Translations under genes and position numbers: made by a program
Shown: positions 38,819-52,104 of the stretch, in pieces
Numbering within the stretch: position 1 is the first letter of the stretch
Layout: each line of letters begins with the position of its first letter
Assembly (NCBI RefSeq): GCF_001194135.2
Contig: NC_068984.1
Coordinates: forward strand, 32,828,055 to 32,892,054
Origin: Octopus bimaculoides
Taxonomy: Eukaryota
Reading direction: 5' to 3'
DNA length: 64,000 nucleotides
Notes under the pieces: generated by a model
Databases searched by the model: none
Seen by the model: only the letters and a program-made list of their open reading frames with translations
Told to the model about the DNA's origin: nothing

Positions 38819-39527
38819 ACACTGTACTTATTCCTCGTACGCGCTTTGTTATTTTTTCGTGTTTTTTCTTGCTTGTTCATGCTTGGATTGATTGTGTGTG
38901 TGTATATATNNNNNNNNNNNNNNNNNNNNNNNNNNNNNNNNNNNNNNNNNNNNNNNNNNNNNNNNNNNNNNNNNNNNNNNNNNNNNNNNNNNNNNNNNNN
39001 NNNNNNNNNNNNTGTGTGTGTGTGTGTGTGTGTGTTTGCGTGGTCGTATCTGTGGGCTTATATGTTTGTGTTTAAAGGGAGTGACGTACGTGTGAAGGTG
39101 TGAGTCAACGACCAGATATATAAATGAATATGTCCTTAATTCTTTCTTTTCGGTCTAACGACAACGCCCATCCTGGGGCAGATAGCCAAATGTTTTTCAA
39201 CAGATGTTTATCGATTCCAGTGCTAACTATGTAGACCTTTATCAGACGTCAGAATACTCTTTGGTATTTTTCGAGGCTTCGATATATAAACGTATATCTA
39301 AATGTCAGGCACCCCAGTTACATAAGTACGCGTTTATCTGCACATACATACAGACAAGCACACACGCAAAACTCCGGCACATATGAACATGCGTTATGCT
39401 AATACAGAAATCTAGAAATCTCAAGATTTTTGCTGACACAGACATAAACATTTTGCAGATATCTGAGCGCGGGTGTTTTGCATTCTGCGTAGGAAGAGAA
39501 AACAATAATTACTAACAGGAAAAAGAT

Positions 39528-39560
<33 letters not shown>

Positions 39561-39865
39561 NNNNNNNNNNNNNNNNNNNNNNNNNNNNNNNNNNNNNNNN
39601 NNNNNNNNNNNNNNNNNNNNNNNNNNNNNNNNNNNNNNNNNNNNNNNNNNNNNNNNNNNNNNNNNNNNNNNNNNNNNNNNNNNNNNNNNNNNNNNNNNNN
39701 NNNNNNNNNNNNNNNNNNNNNNNNNNNNNNNNNNNNNNNNNNNNNNNNNNNNNNNNNNNNNNNNNNNNNNNNNNNNNNNNNNNNNNNNNNNNNNNNNNNN
39801 NNNNNNNNNNNNNNNNNNNNNNNNNNNNNNNNNNNNNNNNNNNNNNNNNNNNNNNNNNNNNNNNN

Positions 39866-39896
<31 letters not shown>

Positions 39897-39928
39897 GTAT
39901 ATATATGTATATATATATATATATATAC

Positions 39929-39969
<41 letters not shown>

Positions 39970-40384
39970 TGTGTACGTATGTATACATATATGTTTATGT
40001 ACGTATGTTTGTTTGTATGTGTGCTCAAGCTCGTGAATCTGTGAGTGTTACCTTTCTTATTATAATGCATTTTCTCTTAGGACTAACTCACATAGCAGGT
40101 GTGATAATACTTATATCTATGTTGTGTATATATTTGCATCATATAAAACCAAAGCAATGACATACATTAACGTATTATGTTTTTGCATGTGCTATATGTG
40201 TGTGTGTACGAGAATATATGTGCCTATAACTCTTTCTCTATATGTATGTATTGCATGCGTGATTTTGTATGAAATATGTGTGTCTATCTATGTCTGATAT
40301 AACAATACAAATGAAAATTAAATTAAAATTTCGCAAGCCAACCAAACAGATTATACCTTAATATACTAACTTAGTATATAGCGT

Positions 40385-40434
40385 TGATGGTGACGATGAT
40401 GTTGATGACGTAGACAACGACGACGATGATGATG

Positions 40435-40493
<59 letters not shown>

Positions 40494-40525
40494 GATGATG
40501 ATATTGATGACGACGACGACGATGA
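40385..40525. repeat. (GAT)n/(GAC)n microsatellite
   Basis: Read directly. Confidence 0.95.
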
Positions 40526-40759
40526 TAACAATATTTTTCATTCCCCACTGCGACTACGAATGCAAAAATTAATCTTCTAAATTTAATTTAACTTCATCGA
40601 ACTGAAGTATTTATATGCCAACCGCTTTTGCCTGGTAATCGTCGGGATTAAAATAGGAAATAGAAAGAAAACACAAATAGGAAAAAGAATAAGATGCGAA
40701 CAGTTGAATGAAAAAAAAAATATATATATTAAGAAATCATATTAATAACTATTTTAATA

Positions 40760-40817
40760 ATGTTGATGATGATGACCATGATAATTACGATGACGACGAC
40801 GATGATGATGATGACGT

Positions 40818-40848
<31 letters not shown>

Positions 40849-40858
40849 GATAACAATG

Positions 40859-40905
<47 letters not shown>

Positions 40906-40925
40906 TGGGATGGTGGTGACGACGA
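40760..40925. repeat. (GAT)n-(AAT)n compound microsatellite
   Basis: Read directly. Confidence 0.95.
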
Positions 40926-41598
40926 TGCACAAATACTAATTAGATTTGAAGTAATTATTGGTTTCATTCTATAAATCATTTATCACGATAGTTGAATGAA
41001 CAGTCATAATCGGAAGATTTGCGAAGTCTCACTTCGCAACTCTACCTCCATACTGTCACATATTCACTTCCCTTATTTTGTTTTGCATTTCCATATTTTC
41101 GCCCATAGTCTCACGCTTTAACTCGCCTACTTTATATCTCATTTTCACCACCTATGGTATAATCGTTGCACACACTTTTGCATTTTGTATATTTTTTTAT
41201 TTGGTTTCCATTTCTTCGAATTTGTGTGTAACAGAATAGTACTATACACAACAGCGGAAAGACTTTTATGCAGTCACATGCTATTTTTATCGCATCATCA
41301 CCAACGGCCACCTATTCGACAACCAACTTTCAAAATACGGATGAAATTACAATATGCACATATAAGCCTGTGTCACAATTTGAACTGGAATGCATAAGAA
41401 TATATATAAGAATATTATATCAGTATAACGCTAATGAAAATTCAATATACCAAAGATAAATCGTAAGTTTCTACACAAAACGTACAAAATTCCATGGCTA
41501 AAGGTCAGAATCTAATTCACTTTCCTACATGCTACAAACACATAGAAAATATGCTTAAATTGCAAACAAGAATAATGGACAATTATTATTATAAATGT

Positions 41599-41599
41599 A

Positions 41600-41655
<56 letters not shown>
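41599..41655. repeat. (TAT)n microsatellite
   Basis: Read directly. Confidence 0.95.
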
Positions 41656-41656
<1 letters not shown>

Positions 41657-44604
41657 TTACATTTTCATGTCAGTTTTGAAATTTTGAGTTTCGTTATTGC
41701 TATTTAGCTACAAATTGGATTTATTCGATATATATATATATATAACTTTGCTCCTTTGGTAACAGATACAATACTTATCTTACCAAAATATTCGGTAGAT
41801 ATTTAAATACGCANNNNNNNNNNNNNNNNNNNNNNNNNNNNNNNNNNNNNNNNNNNNNNNNNNNNNNNNNNNNNNNNNNNNNNNNNNNNNNNNNNNNNNN
41901 NNNNNNNNNNNNNNNNNNNNNNNNNNNNNNNNNNNNNNNNNNNNNNNNNNNNNNNNNNNNNNNNNNNNNNNNNNNNNNNNNNNNNNNNNNNNNNNNNNNN
42001 NNNNNNNNNNNNNNNNNNNNNNNNNNNNNNNNNNNNNNNNNNNNNNNNNNNNNNNNNNNNNNNNNNNNNNNNNNNNNNNNNNNNNNNNNNNNNNNNNNNN
42101 NNNNNNNNNNNNNNNNNNNNNNNNNNNNNNNNNNNNNNNNNNNNNNNNNNNNNNNNNNNNNNNNNNNNNNNNNNNNNNNNNNNNNNNNNNNNNNNNNNNN
42201 NNNNNNNNNNNNNNNNNNNNNNNNNNNNNNNNNNNNNNNNNNNNNNNNNNNNNNNNNNNNNNNNNNNNNNNNNNNNNNNNNNNNNNNNNNNNNNNNNNNN
42301 NNNNNNNNNNNNNNNNNNNNNNNNNNNNNNNNNNNNNNNNNNNNNNNNNNNNNNNNNNNNNNNNNNNNNNNNNNNNNNNNNNNNNNNNNNNNNNNNNNNN
42401 NNNNNNNNNNNNNNNNNNNNNNNNNNNNNNNNNNNNNNNNTATATACGTACATACATACATACATACATACATACATACATACATACATACATACATACG
42501 CATGAAAAGATTCACAGTACTGAAATGTACACTGTCTAATTTAAGACAATTGGAATATAATAATGCATTGGGAGAACAGCTGGGCTGTGTTTCGGTCCAC
42601 CGGTATGATTTTTGTTTTATTTTTTATATTTCACACTGGATTCTGTTATGAAGAAATCGATTGACTGCAAGAGATAAGTTAACCTAGTGAATTAGGCATT
42701 GCTTTCATGTACCAGGCAAATCTTGTAGATGTGGACTTTCCGAATGAGATCGCACCAATTCAAATAGCCGTAATAAACTGAGGATAATGAACTAGCCTGA
42801 GACATGCTGAAAATTAGCAAGAAATATACCAAAGCCATATGGAGAGCTTAGCTTAGATGTAACTTGCAAATGCGTATAATTTGGCAGGTTGTACCACTAT
42901 CTCGCAAGTAACTGCAGTGGTGAGCAGACATTAAGATGTCGTCTTTCCACACTTGGCCCATCGGAATATCATGGATTTGAGAACTGTGGAAAAAGACAGG
43001 ATTGGTGGGAATGGCTGGGAGTGACAACTGCGCTAGTATTCTTTTGGAATTCATTATGAGTTGACTACATCAGAGCTAAATGAAAAGAGTTGTTTTGCTC
43101 AAAAACACAATGCGCCTACCTGACTCAGGGTTCAAACCCATGACCAAACGATTAAGAGCGCAACACTCCATTCCGTAGACTGCACCTTCAGATACAACGA
43201 AATAATTTGCACAGAAGCACACATCGTGACATGCTGAAGATGGGTATGATGTAGAATGGGGTATCTATTACAGATTTGGGAAAGCATCTGGAATTAAAAA
43301 AAAAAAAAAATCACCAAATTTCGTTAATGTCATATGCTGAAATTGCAAACAAAATCTTATTTCACGAAACTGTTTTTGCCCATACAATCTACACTCATTC
43401 ACATTTATTTGTGTCTACTCGCCGCCAAAGTAAAAATAATAATAATTTTGTAAAGTAATACTGTTTTACTTCATATATGTTACAAGTGCACCAAATGATC
43501 CGGTTAATGTATTGGTACATTTCTTAATAAATGACAAATAGCTGCTGGTAGTAACGTTGTTTATATATGCACGTGACTTTCATACGTAACTGATATTTGC
43601 TTCCTTATTCTAAAGATAAACCGTTCCAAACAACACTATCTAAATTGAATTCGATACTTAACACCTTAATACTAATGCATTTCTCCCTTCCGAGTGTCTT
43701 TTCTCGCAACTGTATTTCGTTATATTTCTTAATTCTCCTTCGTCTCTACAACAGTTTGTTTGTGTTTGTATTTCATTCATTAATTTCTCTTTTATGTATG
43801 GAAACAAACGCCTTACGAAACAAAAACGTGATAAAGATATGAAGGTGGAAAAAAAAACACAAAAAGATAAGAATAAAATATACCTGTTTTATTTTAGGAG
43901 AAAATCAGGTGTTAAAATTTGATTAATAATAAAAACACCATCGTTCGCGTGCCACAAAAGAGAACAACAGTAACAACAACACCAAGAATATAAATAAATA
44001 AATAAATAAATAAATAAATATATAAATAAATATATCCTTTGCTAGCTATGACTTCCTACAACTATATTTGCAGGTTTATTAATGCATTATGTTCATGTTA
44101 CGAAACGAATTCCAGTAAAAAGCACAAACGTATGCTGTGTTCATACAAACACAGTGTTTTGAAGAAATAAAAATAACTTGAACAGATGACATAAAGAGAT
44201 ATCTTGGGAAATCTTTAGAATTAGCATTGGGAAAAAAAGAAATACGAAGGTGCACTATTTATGATATACCCAACACCTTTAACGATATAAGTGCTCTACT
44301 GTAGTGCATTTTCAAACACGAACTGGATATCTTTCTGTGGTTTGCAGGTCACAGAAACACCTATCTCAGCAACATCTATGAATTTAGCCTGCGTTGATTA
44401 GAAATTTAATCCTAGCAGATGGTTACTAAAATAACCACTACTAGAGGATTTTCTAGAAGGGCAATGTGTACAAAATGTAACTATTTCTTTTTTTTTTTAT
44501 CATGAAATCAATAATTGCTAATGATTAAGAAATGTTTTATTTCTGAACTAGATCGATATTTCACATTAGTTTATTTGATATTACCCCATAAATACATACA
44601 CGGA

Positions 44605-44605
44605 T

Positions 44606-44680
<75 letters not shown>
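44605..44680. repeat. (CTA)n microsatellite
   Basis: Read directly. Confidence 0.97.
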
Positions 44681-44982
44681 ACATCACAAGCATATCCACA
44701 AACAGTGAGCCATAATCACAATCGTAATGTATTTGTGCATAATTTTTTGGACATAGGATCTAAGAGTTCATTTAAGCAATCCCTTGCTTAATTTCAAGTG
44801 CAAAATGCTTTTACTGTAATGGTTGTTAATTTTCACAGTATTCATGACAACTGTAAACTGAGCTAGAATTCACTCGGATGTCACGTGTGCATAATTAATC
44901 ATTTCTTACATTAGCATTGGTTTAGTTGAGTTGTTAGCGTGATTTATTGTATGCTTGGCATAAAACCATCAGTATTCAAATC

Positions 44983-45390
44983 TCACCGAAGACAACTTAG
45001 CATATTGGAGTTCGTTAAAGGTATCAATCTCTGGTGATGAATGGACGGAACGCTAAAAACTTCCATTTGAATGCCCGGTGGTATTTGCTCCGGATCTTTG
45101 TGTTCTTCATTCAAGTTCCACCATAGCCTCTTTGTGTAAAGACTTGATCCTTTGCCTATGGTAATATTACCATCTCGAGTGACTTGAGTTGAATTCACTC
45201 TGTTGCAATCATTCGGGAAAACTCTCGATTTGAGGATATTTTCCTTCCATAAGTCTCAGATACCCAGTAAATTATCCTGGTCATTGCTTCCACTTCTTAC
45301 AAAAACATCGTCCATTCATGAATTTGTGAAAAGTGTTAGCGAAGTAGGTATATGATTGAAACCCAGAATATGCACCATTCGCATGACCAT
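44983..45390 (-). pseudogene. Possible piggyBac-like transposase remnant
   Basis: DQDNLLGI*DLW...GNITIGKGSSL...SKYHRAFKWKF loosely follows the piggyBac D.L.K.RP...I.IDES...KGR...K..RFGIK region. Confidence 0.3.
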
Positions 45391-45789
45391 TGACTTATGT
45401 TATCTACTTACATTTCTTCTTTGATGTTCCTAAGGGTATCGATTTCTCATAAAATTACAACTATTTCTGTACCCAAACAACGAAAATAATTTTTTTTAAA
45501 TACATCGGAAACAACAACAGAGTTTCTATAAAATCAGGTGATCTACTATAAATAGCAAGCAGATACAGTATAATTAGTACCCATTATCTTAAGAAAGGAA
45601 ATAGAATAAAATGAGGATAGGATTCACTATGGCTGAAAAATTGCCTTCTGTATTGTTTGTCTGGTGAGGCTTCATCTGAATCAAATACAATCAACAAAAA
45701 TAATATAACATTTCTAGTTACAAAAGGCTTTCATGATATTTCAATTATTTAATAACTGTGTTCTAAGTGCATATGTGTGTGTGTGTATG

Positions 45790-45842
<53 letters not shown>

Positions 45843-45856
45843 ATGTNNNNNNNNNN

Positions 45857-45915
<59 letters not shown>

Positions 45916-46084
45916 TAAAAAAAACATATCAGAAAGAAGTACACTCTAGAAAATAGAACAGTAATTATTACAACAAAATTTTATATAGTGTTACCCAAGT
46001 TTTCGCACCCAGTGATTCAAGCCTTGTGGACAGCTCGTTGATTATATGAACACAAAATTTTAAAATATCTACGTTGCAGACGTA

Positions 46085-46445
46085 AGGAAACGCTCAGAAT
46101 TCGAGGAATACGAGAAAACGTTAATGAGTACGGGTTATTTCCCCTTAATCAGAAGGCGAAAAAGAAACCTTTAGAGACTCGGAAGAGGCCTAACGAGCAA
46201 ACGGGCGATCCAATTTTCTAGTAAATAGCGCTCGAAGTGGATACATTTAGAAAACACTTCTTTACGGCTGTTTCATATGCCAGGCTTCTTATAGTCTTTA
46301 AGAATTTTGGTTTTCTCCGCTATGCAGACCTTGCAATGGCTCCTTCCATTAATATACGGGCCCGGATAATCAATTAATCTCCACCTGACATCACACGGGG
46401 TCACTTCATCTTTGAGGTGCCACACATGGCAGGCCAGGGATGTGA
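46085..46445 (-). mobile_element. PLE GIY-YIG C-terminal fragment plus 3' UTR with a decayed hammerhead motif
   Basis: TSLACHVWHLKDE...VRWRLI...PYINGRSHCKVCIAEKTKIL matches the PLE pattern T.L..YIW.LK....I.W.I....Y....C.LC..EK..I. Downstream: CTGATTAAGGGG-AAATA-ACCCGTAC. Confidence 0.7.
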
Positions 46446-46577
46446 CAAACATACATACATACATACACACATACATACATACATACATGCATACATGCAT
46501 ACATACATGCATACATACATACATACATGCATACACGCATACATACATACACGCATACATACATACACACATACATA

Positions 46578-46680
46578 CATAGTGGTTAGTCGTTGGATTC
46601 CCGGTGACGCGTTTTATCCCTCAGCAAGATATTTTATTTCACTTTGCTTCAGTCGACTCAGCTGGCAAAACCTGAGACCT
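46578..46680 (+). mobile_element. tRNA-derived SINE remnant (further family)
   Basis: TAGTGGTTAG..GTTGGATTCCCGG (A/B boxes), then CAGCAAGATATTTTATTTCAC...CAGTCGACTCAGCTGGCAAAA. Confidence 0.55.
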
Positions 46681-46689
46681 ACGTGCATA

Positions 46690-47165
46690 TATCATCATCA
46701 TCATCCTCATCATCATCATCATCCTCATCATCATCATCCTCATCATCATCATCGTTTAACGTCCGCCTTCAGTGCTAGCATGGGTTGGATTATTTGACTG
46801 GGGATTGGCGAACCAGAAGACTGCACCAGGCTCTAATCTGATCTAGCAGAGTCTCAACAGCTGGATGCCCTTCGTAAGGACAACCACTCCGAGAGTGTAG
46901 TTGGCGCTTTTACGTGCCACCGGCACGAGGGCCAGTCAGGCGGTACTAGCAACGGCCACGCTCAAAATGGTGTTTTTTACGTGCCACCTGCGCAGGAGCC
47001 AGCCCGGCTGCACTGGCACCGACCTCGCTCGAAAGTTCTTTTCACGTCCCAATGGCACAAGCTCCAGTCAAACAACGCTGGTAACGATCATGCTCAAACA
47101 ATGCTATTTACGTGCTACTGGCTTGGAAGCCAGACATCTGGTCTGGCAATGATCACGCTCGGACG
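46690..47165 (-). mobile_element. Probable RTE-type LINE/SINE 3' end with (GAT)n tail and internal ~65-bp tandem units
   Basis: (CAT)n tract next to CGTTTAACGTCCG. Four diverged units start TTTTACGTGCCAC (about 46909, 46975, 47039, 47105). Confidence 0.65.
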
Positions 47166-47208
47166 GTTATATATATATGCATATACGTGTGTGCGTGTGT
47201 GTGTGTGT

Positions 47209-47245
<37 letters not shown>

Positions 47246-49547
47246 TTATATGTTGACATAAAATAATATGTGTTTCATATTGTACGCGAACATCATATAC
47301 AAATGATATTAGCCATATATATATGAAACGGATTCAGCGATAAATCAGTATTATCTTGTCTATATACGCAACATATACGCGAGCAAACATGAGCGAAACT
47401 TCTACGAGTTCACTTGACCACAATTGCTTCAAATGCTTCCTTGCAGTTTTAGAAATTGGAGGAGCTTAGAATATGCAGTCCTGTACATATTATTTTCAAA
47501 TTTCGATAGTATTTCCCCATAAGTCAGCCCCATCAGAACTAGTGCCCTAATAGGCATGTTGTTCAATGAAATTCTTTTGTATACCTTTGATCATACGCCT
47601 AGTTTATTAAACTTAACCTGTTGCTGAGCAACTACAGCATACACATATAAGTGTCCAATGACTCTATGCTGTTATAGTTTCATAGCTTCGAGCATGTCTT
47701 GCTGCCTCAGGGATGAACTAGAGTTAAACAACAATAATATAGATTTAAAAACATTCATATTTCATACCTGCTGAGAAAAATCCACGCATTAAGTTGACGC
47801 AAGTCATTACTCTTGACAAAGTGATAAATATAAACAACACTTTCACGAGTGAATTTCTTTCAAAATCCTATTTCCCAGTATATTTTTTTGGCTGAAAATT
47901 CCTAGAACTAGACTTCCATTCACAATATAAGATAATTACTATTAAAATCATATTTTCACACGCAACAGGAGTCCGCCGTTGGCATTTCTTTAAAGACTTA
48001 TTGGTCCATAATTAGTTATTACCAATTGAATGGTAGAAAATACCATTTTTAGATGCCCAATGAAATAAATAGAATATAGGTACTGGAGTAGAACAAAAGT
48101 TACAGCAACGTATTTTCGCTTATTCTATAGATAAAACCTTTACAGCCGCTTGATAAACTATTAACAAAACTAGAAATAGCAGACAAAAAACATACAAATC
48201 ACGATGTATCATCTTGAAAAATGAGGACATAGTGTACATGAAACCCTAATATAAAATATGACAAGATTGCTAAATATTGAACGTCTTTAAACATATCTTT
48301 GCCCAATTGAGGTTTGCCAGGGGTAAATAACAGCAGGAACGAATACAATAGTGGTAACAGAAAATATAGATACAAGGAGTAAATAAAGTGAAGTTCTCAA
48401 CCGATAAATTAACCCCGGTGTCACGTGCCTGTTTATTGTTACCATTCTGAAACACCTAATCAGATAATCTCCATAGTTTTAACAATTTCTAATAGATTTG
48501 TTACATGTACTTATGTAAATATGTGCTTGTGTTTTCTTCTCCTTATTTTCTATCGATCAGAAAAGTCAAGCGCCTAAGAATAGACATTTTCGATATACAT
48601 TTTTTGTCTGTTAGGAACACATATGTAAGGATATACACACGCATACATCTATATACACACAAGCAGTAGCATACTTCCATATACATTTACTTGTAATTGT
48701 GTGTGTTTAATCCATATTCAAAAGCAATGTGTTACTATGTGACCACAACGTATTTCAATATCCTTATTTGCATCTTTATTATACAGAAGTCTCACATAAG
48801 CTTAGACATAATCACATACTTATACACGCACATACGCTTAAATGTAGGTACTCACACAGACATGCACATAACAGTCTCACATATTCGTCTAGTCTCTCTT
48901 TCTCCCCCTCTCTCTCTCATCATCTCGCTCTTTACGTTTTACATTTTACCATATTGCCTTTCTCAATATTTATTGCTGCCCCACACTGAGTTTATCTAAC
49001 TGCTTTTCTAAACCCGATCAGTCTTTGCTCCCCTTTCATTCCTCCTTTATATATTTCAATAACCACAACTAGAGTTTTTTTGTGAATGTGACAGTCACGA
49101 TCGTCCAATCCTCCGTTGTCTCAGTATTTCTAATATATTCTCGTTCTGTCTCTCGTTTTACATTCTCTAATTCTTTCTTCCGGTTGTGTCACAGTTTCCT
49201 TTAGATTTTCGCCATCTACTTTTCATCCTTCATTCCATCCCACACTGACCACTTCAGTATCTCTTGTATCAACCACCCAATTCCATTTCTATTATCTCCC
49301 CTGATCTCCCGCTCACATTCACATTCCCTCATATCTGTATTCTCTAGTATACACATTTTCTCTATTTCAACCTCCTATTTCTCTTTTCTGCCGCCACAAC
49401 TTTATTTCACCACATTTTATGCTATATGCAACACAATCTAGTTCCTAACATTTCTTAGTCTCACCTCAATTTCTTCTTCTCACTGTCATATGCAACTGTT
49501 GGAGTACAAAACTCTCTTTTCATTCTCATTAATATTTCTTCCTCTGT

Positions 49548-49745
49548 AACGGCGGTGTGGTGGCAGATTCGTTAACGCACAGAGGAAGAAATACTTAGCA
49601 GCTGAGTTCAAATATCGCCGGGGATGACTTGCCTTTTATCCTTTCGGGGTCATTAAAATAAATACCAGTTGAGCACTGGAGACGATGAAATCGGTCTACA
49701 CCCTCCCTTGAAACTGCTGGCCTTGTTTCGAAATCTGAATCCAAT
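49548..49745 (+). mobile_element. SINE family A copy
   Basis: GTTCAAATATCGCCGGGGATGACTTGCCTTTTATCCTTTCGGGGTCATTAAAATAAATACCAGTTGAGCACTGG. Confidence 0.85.
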
Positions 49746-50113
49746 ATTTCTTCCTCTGTCTTTCTAGCTCATTAAGCCTTCCTTTTAAAATGTACGTCTC
49801 TACATTGTGACCATCCTTTGAACAATCTATCTTCCCCTCCTCTTTCTCTACAAGTATTTCGCTATTTCATTCTTCTGTATGTACTTTCTTCTCTGTCTAT
49901 TTCTGGTTATTTCTTTCTCTCACTTTCACTCTCCTTATCTTTGAAAGCAAATGTTTCTCAGTCAGTCATATTCTTCTTGACATAACTTAATTTCTTTCTA
50001 TGCATTGCTTCTTTTCTATATCTGTTAGATATGCGCATAGCGAAAGATACAAGTATACACATACGTACTCATATCCTTACAAGCTTCCACACACTGCAAC
50101 AGTGATACACAGT

Positions 50114-50150
<37 letters not shown>

Positions 50151-51279
50151 GCTAACAGATAAACAGACATACACATTTTAATACTGATAAACAAGCACGT
50201 AGACAGACTGTATTGCTGTTCGATAGACACACATATCTACATGTCTCTCACTCACTCTGGCTTATTCCCAATCTATTTGTCTTCCTTCTACCACAGCGTA
50301 TATCCAATAAACACACAACAAAGCCATTCCTTTAGACGTTACACTCCAAGTAGTTTTAGTAAATCAAGCAGCGATACAAATCACTAATTCTACTTTCAGA
50401 ATACGACAAACACAGTTTCCCTATGAGTATAAATTGTGATTGGAAACAATTCGATTAGGCTACTTTCTCGTCTTACAAAGTTTGTCCCAGAGGTGTGTCG
50501 TCTCGAGAATATATTCTATGATCAAGAATTCTAAGTTAATAGCTAAAAATAGAAGGAAATGAAGAAAAAAAAAAAAGAAAACATACAGCCAAATAATTTG
50601 GTATGATAAAAAAAGAAAGATAGGGGTGGAGTAAACGGAATCAAACGGAGTGAAATGAAACTAAAAGATAAGAATAATATATGATTAAATAGCAAAACGT
50701 ATATCTAGAGGCAAAGAATACATAGATAAAAGCGCGTTAAAGGAAGTATTTTTAGGAAATTCAACTACGGTGAAGAAAATATGTGAGAGTCAATGGGTCA
50801 GTGAGTGTATATATGGTTGGGTGTATATGCACATATATGTATTTGTGACTCTGTGAATCATGTTTCCCGCTTGTATACGAACATTTGGACAGTGGTATAT
50901 ATATATATATACATATNNNNNNNNNNNNNNNNNNNNNNNNNNNNNNNNNNNNNNNNNNNNNNNNNNNNNNNNNNNNNNNNNNNNNNNNNNNNNNNNNNNN
51001 NNNNNNNNNNNNNNNNNNNNTATATATATATCTTTATGAATGATCTAACAATCTTTGCGATCACGGCGCGAAATTGTGGTGGTTTCTGGTTGATAACTGA
51101 TAACGGATGAACATGAACTGATAAGGGATGAACATACACGTCTTGTGTGTTCCCTTCCGTCCTTCTGAGTAATTGTTTTTTTACTGTAACTAATTTTGTG
51201 ACACCATGCATCCTCCATTTTTCTTCCCACGCAATGGTACTCTTACAACGGATAATATTTGGTTCGACGTCTATCACCC

Positions 51280-51935
51280 CTTCTCTTTCCTCTATCCTTT
51301 CTGGATGTCTCTTCTCTGATCACCTTACCTCACTATGTTTATTTTTGTGTATCCCTTTCATTTTACCATTCTTGATCCTTCTCCCTTTTTGTTCTGCTCA
51401 CCCCTTCTTTATTCCGTTTCTTTTCTACAATCCCTTCTATCTCTATTTGAGTTTCATTTCATTTGTCCCCTTCCTCCCTTTACTTAGCTGCTATTTCTTC
51501 CTCCGCTCACTTCAGTTAACTATTTACCGCCTTTCTTTTCTCCTCTCTCTCCTCACTCCTTCATTCATTTTTCTTTAAATCCTCTTGCTTCGTCCTTCTC
51601 TATACTTTCTCCTAGTACAACACTTCCCTCTCCTTCTATCCTTCTTTCTAACACTCACTATCCGGCTTGCTTTCTTCTTTCTGTTTTGCATACCACGTGA
51701 CCATCTTATTTATCTTTCCATCCATCCATCCGTTTTCTGCTTGACCCCGACTAGTTCAGACGTGGTCTTTTGGGCTCAAGCCGTAACATTTACTTTCAAC
51801 TCCGAATTCATCTTATTTTTCCAGTTATCGTTCTTTCTATCTTTTCCGTTCTATCTTCCTATTTTCCCACCTTTCTATATCTCTCTCTCTCACTCACTCT
51901 CTCTCCCCCTCTCTCTCTTTCTCTTTTCCTTTTGA
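51280..51935 (+). repeat. Pyrimidine-rich low-complexity tract, possibly a PLE 3' UTR remnant
   Basis: Strong C/T strand bias; CAGACGTGG...AGCCGTAAC at about 51757-51787 may be a decayed hammerhead word pair. Confidence 0.35.
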
Positions 51936-52104
51936 AGTCTGGTAGAATATCTTTTGCATTCAGCGTTTGTTCTGTACATGTCTAAAGTTTGTCTTATAGT
52001 TGAAAAACCTTTAAATGCAAGTATACATTTATGTATGTAATAACTATTTTAGGCGTTTACCATTTTGTCTGGTGCTTATTCTGTCGTCATTTAAAAATAA
52101 ATGA

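Noticed and set aside
39203-39262. 60-nt plus-strand candidate exon MFIDSSANYVDLYQTSEYSL
   Set aside because: Weak donor (GTATTT) and its phase does not fit the 42546 candidate.
46905-47165. CRISPR array
   Set aside because: The units diverge along their whole length, there are no unique spacers or cas genes, and the context is eukaryotic.
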